From the NCBI GenBank assembly GCA_013239625.1, contig MU055744.1, positions 526,355 through 590,354 on the forward strand: a stretch of DNA of 64,000 nt, in the 5' to 3' direction. The translations under genes were made by a program, and so were the position numbers. Of the stretch, positions 24,755 to 36,107 are shown one piece after another. The notes under the pieces were generated by a model that worked only from the letters and a program-made list of their open reading frames with translations, was not told where the DNA came from and did no database searches. How positions within the stretch are numbered: the stretch's first letter is position 1; every line of letters starts with the position of its first letter. This stretch comes from Lama guanicoe. Taxonomy: Eukaryota.

Positions 24755-27700
24755 TAATAGTCATACAGGTTTTAAAGAAATTAAGGGGAAAGTCGTCACT
24801 TTCTATCGACCTAGGTACTTGCCACTTCTGATGTAATGCATTCATTTCTGAAGGGCCACGTTTCCACCTGACATCGCTGCCTTCTGCCGAGGAAGACCCT
24901 CTAGCATTCCCGGTACTGCAGGCTCCTGGAGAAGGGTGTTCTCTGTCGCCCTGTAACTGAAAATGTCTTTATTCTTCATTGTTGAAGCTACTGTAATTGG
25001 CCGCAGACGTCTTGGTTGAGAGGGTTTTCTTCAAGGATGTTCTCTAAGACGCTAGTCCTTCTCTTAGCAGTTTCGCCCCTTCTTCACGTCAGGTGATTTC
25101 TATCATTCCCTCTTCAAGTTCACGGATTCCTTCATCTGTCATCTGTAACCTGCTAATTAAGCCCATCCGGTAAATTTCAGAACTTAAGACGTTTTGTTTT
25201 TCAGTTCTAAATTCTCCATTTGGATATCTTTACATTTTCTGTTTCTCTGCTTGGTGTTCTCTCTCTCCGTCCATTGTGAGGGCATTTTCCTTCCTTTGTT
25301 GACGTAGTTTAAAACGGCTCTCCTTGTCCACCTAGTCCACATCGGGTCCATCTCTGGGTCCTTCCCCTTGTGAATGTGTCATATTTTCCTGACTCTTCAC
25401 TTGTTGAATACATTTGGAAAGTATTATTGCTTCGTTCTGAGACTTTGGGTTCTGCCGAATGGCTCCAAAGTGTTGGTCTTTCTAAGGCAGTTTGCTTGGT
25501 TAGACCCACACTATGATCTCTGTCACACCTGTGGATGACTGAGCCCAAGCCCCAGTTCACCCGCTCCTTGCACGTGCTTGAGGGTCCAGCCGGAAGCCCA
25601 GGCGGAGCTTTTGTATGGAATGCAGGCTTCCTTTCTCGGCTCTCTCCTTTTCTGGGCTCCTCTCACCGCCCAGCAGCCCTGCTCACCTGGGCTCCCTCCT
25701 GGGGCTCCTTCCCTCCAGAAGGACAGCAGGTTTTCCCACTGGGGTGCCACCTGCTTGGCACTGCCCTTGTGACCACGGCTGCCTTGTGGTCACAGCTGCA
25801 GAAACCTGAGATTCACTCCACCCACCCCAGCCTCCACGTTCTCATTTCCATCCCACACCTGCCTTTATGTCCACTGCCCAGAGCCTGCAGCTAACGGTTG
25901 TTTTGCACTTTGTCCAGCGTTTATAGCTGTTTTCTCGCAAGAGGATTAGTTTGTTAGGAGCTTATCTCTCCTGGAAATGAAACCTTGGAGGCCACTCCTT
26001 ACTTTTAGAATCGTTTTCCAGCTGGAGGACCAAGGAAGGAGGAGCCGCTTTGTTTTCAAAGGTGGCCGGTCCTGGTCCCCTGCAGCTACAGGGGCAAACT
26101 TTAACTTCTCTCTCTCCTCCGGCGTTTTGTCCCGGGCTCCCAGAAGCAGCCAGGTGGTGCCTTGAATATTCTACCTGGAAACTCCTTAGGTCACTCACTG
26201 AGTTCATTAAGTTTATTTCTGATTTTCCACAAAAGCGCAGGCAATGACAGAAGCAGGCATGTCCTCCCGCCTCCCAGCCTGCCCGTCCCCATGACATCCC
26301 CGTGACATCCCGTGACCGAGACCGGGGCGTGGCCCCCGTCACGGTCACTTGTGGTGAACCACCACAGCGCACTGTGGTCCCTTCTGCCCCACCCCCAGTT
26401 GCACCTGCATGAATCCACCCCATCACTCTGTGTAGCCCTGAAAGTGGTCCCCCACACCAGTTCACGTCTCGCTCTTCCCATCAGAACCCTGCATTGTTCG
26501 TGGTGTCCACAAGATGAGGGGCAACCTCCACACCTGGAACCTGACCCCTGACCCTCCCTTCTTGGAATGAGTGGTGGGGGCTGCCTTCCTCTGCAAGGAC
26601 TTGGCCTGGGGCCTGCCGACCACCGCCCCCTCAGGCAGACCATGGCTGGCCACGCCACCAGCGGCACGGCTGCTGCGCCCTGGGGAGGGCTTCCTGCCCA
26701 CTGGTCACAGAGGGCTCTCACTCAGGTTTCTCACCCTTGCCTATAAACCAGTAATAGAGGCGTGGATGGTGGGGTGGCGTGGGGGCCTGCGGTCAGGCTG
26801 GGCAATGACCACCGCAGACCACCACGTCCCGTGAAGATTCTTTTCCAGCCAGTCTGTTATGGACAAGTTCTGGAGGAGAAGTTTCTGCACAGCACTATGG
26901 ACATTATTCCTGGAAATGAGAATGGAGCTAGCATGAAATCCCCCACACATCCTCCCAAGCCTGAGCTGAGCTGAGATGGGATGGAGGTGAGGGCGACGGC
27001 AGGGCTACTAAGGCTGGGGTTAGGGGTGGAGTGGGGTGCAGCTGGGGGTGTGGGTGCAGGTGGGGGTGCAGGTGGCCAAGTCTCCCTGGTGCCGACAGTG
27101 CTGCCTGACCGGCTTTCAGATGAGCATCCCCCCAGGACCCGGTTTCCAAGGCCGCGTTCAGGGAGCGACGGTGGGTCGTGTAATACACTGTGTTTTGTCA
27201 CAGAGGAAGGTTATTGATCAAACAGCTCAATTCTCTTAGCAGGTGCAGGGCCTTCCGTCCCCATTTGCTGCAACACAGAGTGGTTACTCTTTAAACAGCC
27301 GGCGATCTGCGTGGCCCCTGACCATGGTCGGCGGAGCTGCTGTAGGAAGGCGGGCATCTTGCATTTTGAGGTCAGCGGGCTTTCTTGTCCTTTTCCTGGG
27401 CACCTGTCCGTCCCTATTGTCATGTCACTTGGTCTTCCTGCATATGGAGCTGCTGATGGCTGGTGGCTTCTGGAAGCACTGCCTTCCTGGGCTCGGAGGC
27501 CGTTACTTTTCTCTGTCTCTTTCTCCCTGGGAGAGGGGCACGTCCTGTCCTTCCCTCCCATTCTGAGTGTTTTGAGTGTCTCTCCCCGGGGCCCCGCCTT
27601 GTCTGCAGGCTGTGGGTCGTGAGCACTCTTGCGCTCTCCTCCCGGCACCTCGGCCCAGCTCCCCTCCTGCCCCAGCTGTCCTGGCAGCCCTACTTGGACC

Positions 27701-28309
27701 CTCAGCTGTTCAGGCCCAGATGGTGGCCTTGTTCCCGATGCTTCTCTTCCTACATCCGACCTGCGAGCAGATCCCGGGGCTCCACCCGTGGTCCACGGCT
27801 TCGCGGCACCCGGCTCGCAGCGCCAGGGGCCCTGCGCTCTGCCTGCTGCTCTGCTGCTGGAGTTTGGAGGGTCTGCATGGGTTTTGAGGGGCCCTCCCTG
27901 CGTTCACTCTGCCCTGGACCCCACAAGCGAGGTAGCCCGTCCCATGAGCCTCCTCCTTCGAGAACCATTGGGGGCCTCCCAGGTGCTCCCGCTGCCTGGC
28001 CCTGTGCCCTCCAGTCCCGATGCAGCCGTCAGAGAGGTCACTAAAAGCCCGTATCTTACTGGCCCCTGTCTGCCCAGCTGTGTCACTGAGGGAAAAAGCC
28101 AGATCCCTGCTGTGGCTGACGCGGCCCCCTCTTCCCCCCACTCTGCCTCTTTCCCATCCTCAGGTGTGCTGTGCAGCCCCGTCCCCAGCCCTGCCCGCAC
28201 CCCCCACCTGTGCTCAAAGCAAACTCACCTCATCAGCGAAGCGCAGTTAACGGCAACGACCTCCTCCGCCTCCGATGCCTCGTGTCCAGAGCACCTGTGA
28301 CAATCTGGG

Positions 28310-28716
28310 GCGTCGGGCGGGAAAACGGGCCCCAGTCCACCCGCGTCCTAGTCCTGGGGCCGGTGACCGCCGCCTTCTATGGCCCAGGGGCTCTGCGGAT
28401 GTGGTTGCGGGTCTCGAGGTGGGAGACTGTCCTGCTGCAACCACAACGGTCCTCCTAAGACGAGTCGGCTGATGTGACCAAGTGACAGAGTCTGGAAGGA
28501 TGGGCTTTGGCGACGGAGGGGCCACCAGATTCTGAAAAGGCACGAGTAAACCTCCTGGGAGCCACCGCAAGCACCAGCCCTGCCCACACCTGGACTTCAG
28601 CCCACGAGGTGGACGGCAGACTCCTGACGCCCAGGACTGTGAGAGGATAAACTCGGGCTGATAGAGGCCACGGGCTGGGTGGCGCTCGTTACAGCCGCAA
28701 CAGGGACCTGGCATAC
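28310..28716 (+). mobile_element. MaLR LTR (MLT1D-like), CpG-enriched
   Basis: GCCCTGCCCACACCTGGACTTCAGCCCACGAG...CCAGGACTGTGAGAGGATAAACT...GTTACAGCCGCAACAGGGACCTGGCATAC matches the MLT1 3' half. Confidence 0.75.
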
Positions 28717-28865
28717 CGTGTGTGTAATTTATTTATCATCTTTCCTCCCCAGGCGAAAGCAAGCTTATTGAAGACAGGAGTTCGGGTCAGTCTTGCTCAC
28801 GGTTAGATGCCTGGGGAACAGCAGTCCCGGCTCGTGGTGAGCACTTAATAAAATCTTTTTGTTGC
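28717..28865 (+). mobile_element. L2 LINE 3' end
   Basis: AAGCTTATTGAAGACAGG...GTCTTGCTCAC...AACAGCAGTCCCGGCTCGTGGTGAGCACTTAATAAAATCTTTTTGTTG. Confidence 0.7.
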
Positions 28866-28869
28866 TCAA

Positions 28870-30230
28870 AGAAAAGTGAAAGGGAGCTGTCCCTTAAACA
28901 GATCAGGAGATGCCCAACCACATTCATCACATTAGAGGCGCAAATTGAAACGACACGGAGACGCCATCTCTCAGTGGCCAGACTGAAAAATTCTGGGTGT
29001 GTGACGCCTGCTCTGCGGTGAGACTGGGAGGAACCGGCGCGCTCGTCGTTTGTTGCAGGAATGTGTTTGGGGTTGAACTGTGTCCCCCCAAAGATATGCT
29101 GCCGCCCCAACTCCTGGTACCTGTGGCTGTGGCCCTGTTTGGGGAGAGGCCTTTGCGGGTGTGGTCAGGTCAAGACGAGACCATCAGGGCGGTGCAATCC
29201 CACAGGACTGGGGTCCCGGTAAGAAGAGGGGAGAGCGCCCAGGGGGAAGATGCTGCGTGACAGTGGAGGTGGGGATGGGAGCGGTGCGCGGCCTAGCCCA
29301 GGAGCGCCACGTTCTCTGGCAACACCAGAAGCAAAGGCAAAGTCTCCCCCACGGGTTTCAGAGGGAGCGGGGCTCTGCTGACCCTTGGTTTTGTACTTCT
29401 GTCCTCCAGAACCGAAAGAGAAGACGTTTCTGTTGTCTCGAGCTGCCCAGTTTGCGGTCCCGTTTTCCGGCTGCCCTGGGAAATTAACACAGAATGCAAA
29501 ATAACATAACCCGGCGGCCTGTAGCCGAAGTCCGCTGGCAGCAGCACGGCGGGCTGCAGACCCCAGACTGCCGGCGAGGGACAGGGGGGTGAGGTGCAGA
29601 GCGGCCCCGGCGGTTCTGCGCAGCTGCGAAAACAACAGCGTCATCCTCCATCCTGGCCCACAGGACCACGGGGCATGTCGGAAGCGAAAGTGTGCGGAGG
29701 CCACAGTTAACTGAAGAAAGGGGCTGTGACTTCGGATAATCCGTGCAAAGACACACACTGTTCCTCCATTACGCTGTGAAACGTGGCAGGGAAAATTAAA
29801 CCCCCGGTGAGGATGTGGTCTCTGGTGGGTGGGGACAGGGAGGGGCTCCGGCCGCCTCTGCGTGTGCCGCCTTGTGAGCTATTTCAGGAACCTTCAAACA
29901 CAGTGAGCACCGAGCGAGCTCTGCCCTGTGCATCCTCCCGCTGAGAAGAGGCGAAGCCACCGAACTATTCCCGGCGTCTTTGTTGTCAGCGAGAGCAGGG
30001 ATGCTGTTACGCTGAACATACCGTGTGTGCGCGTCCGGGGCGCACACACTCCCCGGGGGCCCAGCAAGCAGGGTTAAGACGCTGGAGGCAAGAGGAAAGA
30101 AACACAGTCACCTGGTGGAATAAATTGTATTAAAAGCCAGGAATCCGATGTTTGACTTGGAAAAAGCACTGAATTGGGATGTGTCTTCTCCTGAACGTGT
30201 GTGTGAGAAAAGGCCTAGAAGCACTGACCG
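28870..30230 (+). mobile_element. Old L1 (L1M) ORF2 end/3' UTR remnant interrupted by an MLT1C LTR
   Basis: AGATGCCCAACCACATTCATCACATTAGAGGCGCAAATTGAAACGACACGGAGACGCCATCTC...TTGTTGCAGGAATG, resuming after the LTR as GAATGCAAAATAACATAACC. Confidence 0.6.
29064..29491 (+). mobile_element. MaLR solo LTR (MLT1C-like) with intact 5-bp target-site duplication
   Basis: Starts TGTTTGGGGTTGAACTGTGTCCCCCAAAGATATG, ends GCCCTGGGAAATTAACACA (TG...CA), flanked by GAATG at 29059-29063 and 29492-29496. Confidence 0.9.
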
Positions 30231-33200
30231 CCCCTCGCACCCACATTGCGATCGTGGCGCAGCGTTTTCCCACTAAGAGGATCCAGGGGTCTTCGGAGGA
30301 AGCGCTGGTCCAGTTTGGGGTTGAGAACTAAACAGGGTGACCCTGGGGCATCTTTATCAGGCCAAAGCAAGGGGTGTGTCAGGACACTGGGTTTCTGCCC
30401 AGAGGCCACGGGGCCCCTCTCTCCACGCCTTCGTGAGCAGCGCGCCCCCTCCCGCCCCCTCCGCCCTCCTCTGAACCCGTCGCACTGCCTTGGGTCACAC
30501 AGAGAAAAGGAACATTTTAACGTGCCGCTGCCCTTTCTTTATAAGCCCTCTCTGTGAAGCACGTTGGCCCCCCGCCCCTCACCGATGGGCCGCCTCGACC
30601 TTGAGAAGGAAGCAGAGTGCGTGCGTCAGGGAAGTTGCCTGGGAGAGAGACGCTCGCCCACAGGGAGAGGCGGTCAGTGCGATTCTCCTGCGCGCTGGGC
30701 AGGGCCAGCTCAGCCTAGGAGAGCTGGCCTGGAGCCTGGCGGCTGGGAAGAGGTGGGGCCCAGCAGCCAGCAGCACCAGCCGCGGGCTTCCGTCTCTGCC
30801 TCACATCGGGGTACAGATTGTAAATAAGCTCTTTCAACTTGTGGTACCCGGGCTGGGAGAAAGGGTCTGCACGTGCAGGCGGGTTTTTCTTGAAGGAATT
30901 CGTTATGAATAATTAATGTCGACTTTTCCAGTTTTGTGCAGTGAAAGTATTTTTTGCTCTGTCCTCTTTTGCAGTCTTGTTTGCTGGCTGAGGCTGCAGA
31001 GTTTAAGATGTATATGTGTGGCTCGTTCCCTTTTCGACAATTTTTTTATACCCTTAAGATGAAATTCTGTGCTACAAAGGAAAGGAAATAACTTCCAACA
31101 CTTTCCATCTTTAAAGAAAGGGATGCTCAGCCCGCATGGTGCGCACACGCCTTTCCCGCTCATGAGCCAGTGAGCGTGGCTCCCGCATGCCTCCACCACA
31201 GAACAGGCATCGAGTGAAACCCGGGTGATTGTTAGACAGGCACGTAAGCGGCGAAGCCCACCCCGGACCCTGGGACCTGGCCTAGCCTGGTGAGCTGCCG
31301 GCCTTGTTTCCACTGGATTTCAATGGAAATGCAATCAAAGGAGAGGGCAGTGGGCTGGGCAGAGATACGATCTCGTCTTTCTAAATTCAGGCTCAGCCTG
31401 GGGTCCAGGTACCTTCAGAACTGGCTCCCCAAGGAGAGGACTCCAGGCCCAAAGCGCACGGGGCGGCCCCGGGAACTCGACGGCATTCCCCCCTCTCGGG
31501 GCTCGCTGGGCCCCCCCATGAGCTGCGCGCTCTGCTTCCGTCTCAGGCCCCTCGCCTCCGTGGAGGCGGGGCCTTCCGGGGCGTCTCCTTGCCCTGCACG
31601 CTTTCAGTCCTGCTGGAGGAAGCAGTCGGGAGACCCGGGCTCTGGGCGACCAGGAGAGCTGGCGGGAAGGTGAAGGCCGCGGGGCCGGGGGCTGGGACCC
31701 CGCCAGGGTGATTTTGCCCGAGCTGAGCGCGCGCTGCGGGCTGGGCCAGCCGCGGCCAGCGGCCCCCGCACGTCGTCCAGTGACCCAGGGCGCGGCAGGC
31801 GTGGGCATGTCCAGAGCCCACCTCCGCCGCCCCAGGACCTTGAGACACCCGCCCCCCACTCCGTGTGTCCTGGATTCCCGGGTGCCTCTCTGGCTGCTCC
31901 CCGGGGAGGCGGAGCAGGAGCGACAGCAAAACGCAAGGGCCTTTCTGGAACCTTCTGACAGCAGCTCTGGGATGTCTCTGGGGAACTCAAGCCTGCAGGT
32001 GGGACATTCCCGGACTGCGGCCTTTCCATGACTTTGTGGGCTCCGCTCGACTGGCACTCACCGTGTGTCCCCTCTGCTGCCCCAGGATCCCAGGAGAGGG
32101 TGGGCCTCTAAGACCTTTCCTGAGAAAACGACAAACACTACGGTTTGACCGCAGTCCCCTCGGGGAGGCCTGTGGTCTGTCCACAGAGACGCGCAGGAGG
32201 GCGGAGATGGCCGGGTCACACCCCAAAACACTCCCTGTGGAGCTGAGAAGACAGCGTTTCTTGTTCTGATGATCAAACCCTAGGACAAAATTGTAAAAAA
32301 AAAAAATAAAAATGCCTGTGTATATCCATGTAAGTCATTCACGTAAGACCTGAGGTAATTCTAACCACTCGGCCTGGACGGGAGTGGAGAGGGCCCGGCC
32401 CAGGCGCCCCAGCCCGGGCCGCATCCTCTCCTTGCATGTTTCCCAGAGGCCGCATCCCCGGTGCCACAGAGCTGTTCCTGGAGAGCCTGGGTTGATCGGC
32501 TCAGCCCTTGAGGACATGGTGCGGAGGCCACAGGAGAAGGAGGACCAAGCGGCAGAGACGTTCGGAGGGACGCAGTGTCCACGGGTCAGATGGAGGGCGC
32601 ATGGGAATTGGGACCCTGGGGTCCCTGTCGGAGACTGGCTTTGTACAAACTGCAAACTGACTCATAAAAGATGGAAAAAAGTTTTTCTTTTTAAAGCAAA
32701 GAGTTTTCAAGAGGACACAGCTTGCAGCCACTCCCGGTAAGTCGACGATGGACAGTCTGTGTGTACAAGTAGCAGCTGTAGTGGACCGAAACACACCACG
32801 AAGGTGGAAATCGGTAAGCTCAGCCCCAGGCTACGGAGAGCCCCCCTGGGGGCTGGGAGGGCTCAGCGCCGCCTCCTCCCTCTGGAAGCCAGAGAACCCC
32901 AGGGGTGGTCAGGCACCCTCTGTCCCTCCCCTCGGAGGCCGCTCAGCGGCAAGTTCCCCTTGTCAGGACCCTCCAGTTCAGGAGCACGGGGCGGGGGCGA
33001 GGGCAGCCCCGGCGCAAAGCCAGTGAAGCAGCAGACGGACAGGCGGCCAGCAGCTTCCGGAGGCTGTGCCAGAGCAGACGAGGGACAGCCAGGCATCACG
33101 CGGGCCCCCCTCAGCCCATGCAGCGCGGTGGGAAGCGCCCGCCCCGGGAGTGGCCGTGTGTTGGTGGCTGCGGTTGCCACACCGGGTCACAGGTACACGC

Positions 33201-34112
33201 AGGTACAGCAAACCATGTCTACTTGACACATTGGAAAACTTCCACAATGGAAGTCTTTCTGGTTGAAGTTTAAAATGAATGAATACAAGTATTGAATGGA
33301 TGAATTGGTCAGTTGCTCACATGCTTTCATCTTCTGGCCTGGCCCTGGGCGGGCGCCTCTCTCCCCCTCCCCCATCTCCCCAGCCCCCCTGCCCTGGATG
33401 GGTCCCCACCTCGCGGAGAGCTGGCCACCTGGAGGACGGCCCTCCCTGCCCCCCACCCCCAGCCGGCAGACAGCCCGGCCCTGCGCTCTCCCCAGCTCTG
33501 ACTCAGGGGGGCTGGGCTCGGATCCTAACCTCTGACCTCGAGCCAGGATGCCCCCGAGGGTCAGCTCCTCATCACTCAGGGCTGCTTGGTGACTTAAGGC
33601 TCACGGAGCACCTGGAACAGTGCTGGGCGCAGAGTCGGCGCTCGCCGACCCTGCAGAGACCACGTGTGCACGTGTGCGTCTAGCCCTGGTTGCCACCCTC
33701 CCCGGTCTCCTCGGCCTCCCAGGCCTGCTGGCCTCGGGCAGGCTCCATCTGCCCCGTATGGCCTGGGCTGGGCTGGGATCTTGGAGATTTATGCTGAGGG
33801 GCCTGAGGTCCATGTTTAGGTCAGAATCTCAGAATTCTGAGGGCAGGCTGGGCTCCTGGGGCCGCTAGGCCCCTCCTCTGCCCACTGGCCAGAGTCCCCT
33901 CTGCGGAGTCCGGGGCCTTCCCGCTCTGCAGGAGCCCAGCAGTGCTCGGCCCTGGGGTCCACAGTAGGACCAATGTGGGGACATGACACAGGGGTCATTG
34001 TTCGAGGCCGCAGCCAAGGTCAGGGCCTCCAAAGACTGGCCGGCTCGAAGGGCATGGGAGCCTCACCCCGAGCGATGTGAGAAGACCACACAGGCGGTAG
34101 GGCTGCAGCCAG

Positions 34113-34278
34113 AGTGTGCGTGCTGTGGGTGCACGCGTGTGTGAGTGTGTGGTGCAGGACACAGCTGCGCACGGGAAGCACGTGTGTCACATGCATGTGT
34201 GTGTCTGGGAGCGCATGTGTGTGTCTGGGAGCGCATGTGTGTGTCTGGGCGCGCATGTGTGCGTGGATGTGTGCGCGT
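34113..34278. repeat. (TG/CG)-rich tract containing a 20-bp tandem repeat GCATGTGTGTGTCTGGGAGC, ~3.4 copies (34193-34260)
   Basis: Directly visible 20-nt period within an alternating purine-pyrimidine region. Confidence 0.9.
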
Positions 34279-35259
34279 CCCTGGGGAGAAGGGAGGGTGC
34301 AGGATGGCCCCGCCCCGGGTCCTCGCCTCCTGGGCCCCCCGCTGGGTCAGCTGGGGGGTCCTCCGGCCCTGCTCATCGCATCCTCTCCCTGCAGTCAGTG
34401 GGCCAGGCTCCAGCGGGAGACGGATACCCCGAGCTCCCAGCTACAGAGGGGCCCCGAGAACCCCGCTGGCAGCTGCTGCCGGACGAGGAGCCCCGTGACG
34501 GCCCTCAGGCCGAGGGCTGGGTGCCCAAGTCATGGGCCCGTGCACTTCCCAGAGCTAGACTCCCCTCAACACGGCGGTGGTGTGTCCGGAGCTTTGGGGT
34601 GCAACCCGCTCCAGAGACAGGTAACATCCCACCTGCACTCACAGCGGCGTCTCCCTCCGTCCACTGGCCCCGGGCAGGGCCAGGCGGGCCAGCAGGCTGG
34701 TTAACTCCAGGCCCTGCCGTGTCGCTGGCTCAGGGACGCCGGGCAAACGGAGGCAGAGTGGTTTGCAAGTCAGGCATTGAACTCACTCACTGCTCAAAGG
34801 GCTGCCTCTTACTTCCTTCCCCATCAGAGAGCCTTCTCTTCCCTCGGCCTAAATAGTCAGCCGAGGGTCTCCGGGAAACATGGACCCCACCATGCCAGCT
34901 GCCCTCGCCGCCTGGGGCTGGCTCCCCTGGCCTCCGCCCCTGGCCATGTCGTGGCTCCGGCTGTCCCAGCCCCAGAGGTGCATTTGCTCCCCTTTTCTGC
35001 AAAATGGAGCTTCTGCTCCCTCCACAGCCCTCCTTTCAGGGCTCCACACCTGCGGGTCCTCCCTGGACCCCCACAGCTGGCTGTCCCCTTCTGTCACCTG
35101 AGGGTGCCCCTCCCAGGAGCCAGCAGCCACTCCCCAAGGTGAGCCCTGACTCACTTAGTCCCACACACGTACTGCTGCTCATTCACTCATCACTGACTCA
35201 TCCGTTCACTCCCGAAGGTGCTCATTTGACAAGTCGGGACTGAGGGTGTCCTTGAAGAG

Positions 35260-35450
35260 TCCCCACTGGACCACCTGGGGCCTGCCGGCTCCTCACCAGC
35301 CGCGTGACGCACAGCACACAGCTCAGCCCTGACCCGCGCCTCCTCGTCCTTAAACGGGCATTACTGCAAAATGAGAGGTTGTTGCTCTCCCATCTCAGGG
35401 AATAAAAGAGTCAATGAGATAATGCTGATGCAGACGTCTGGGTATCTTAT
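35260..35450 (+). mobile_element. MIR SINE
   Basis: CCAGCCGCGTGAC...CCTCCTCGTCCTTAAACGGGCAT...ATCTCAGGGAATAAAAGAGTCAATGAGATAATG; degenerate MIR. Confidence 0.5.
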
Positions 35451-35451
35451 T

Positions 35452-36107
35452 ATCCACAGAAAGCGGCAAACAAGTGTTGGTGAGGCTGTGGAGAAATGAG
35501 ATCCCGCGTGTCCCGCGCAGCTGCCTCCGCGCAGCTGCCGGGGGACGGCTCGGGGCTGCCTTGGAGAACGCGAGCTTAAACTACCTGCGGGCGTCCTGCA
35601 ACCCCATGCTGCGCGCGCCCCGAAGGACGGGGCGGGGGTCCTGCCGGACACTTGCACACCCACGTCCACCGCAGTGCCATCACAGCTGCGGAAGGCGGGA
35701 GCAGCCGGATGCCCCTCAGGTGAGGGGGATGAGCAAGACGCGGCGCACCCACCCTCTGGGGGCCACCCAGCGTAAAAGGGAGGAGGTCCTGGCACGGGCC
35801 GCAGCGAGGATGAGCCCAGAGGACACGGCGCTGAGTGAAACAGGTCAGCCTGGAAAAGACAAGGGTGATGCTACGCACCCAGAAGAGGCAAATCCACTGA
35901 GATGGGAAGTAGGCAGCGGGGCCGGGCCAGGGAGGGCTGGGGATGGGGCGTCTACTGGGCCCAGAGGGTCAGTGTGGGGAGAGGAGAACGCCCTGGAGAC
36001 GGACGAGGCGGTGTCTGCAGGGCAGCGCGCGGGCGCTCAGGGCTGCTGAGCCGAGTGCGCCACGCGGTCGAGCACTGGGTTTCACGTGATGTGCGATTCA
36101 CGGCAAA
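35452..36107 (+). mobile_element. LINE-1 (L1MB-like) ORF2 end and 3' UTR, heavily GC-substituted
   Basis: AACAAGTGTTGGTGAGGCTGTGGAGAAAT, ACACTTGCACACCCACGTCCACCGCAG, GAGGACACGGCGCTGAGTGAAACAGGTCAG and AGGCAAATCCACTGAGA are collinear with the copy at 16395-16965. Confidence 0.85.

Larger units (their letters stand above)
21870..25980 (-). mobile_element. Ancient LINE-1 (L1M), ~4 kb degenerate 5' end/ORF1/ORF2 remnant with nested younger insertions
   Basis: Only long AT/T-rich block in the window. Antisense ORF2 signatures (TTAAACCATCCTTGCATTCTG, ATGCTGGCCTCATAAA, TCACCAGTGAAACCGTCTGGACCTGG, GATCTTTTCAAAGAATCAGCTTTTGG, TCTTTATATTTAAAGTG...TGTAGACAGTATAGAGTTGGGTCTTG). No intact ORF. Confidence 0.88.
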
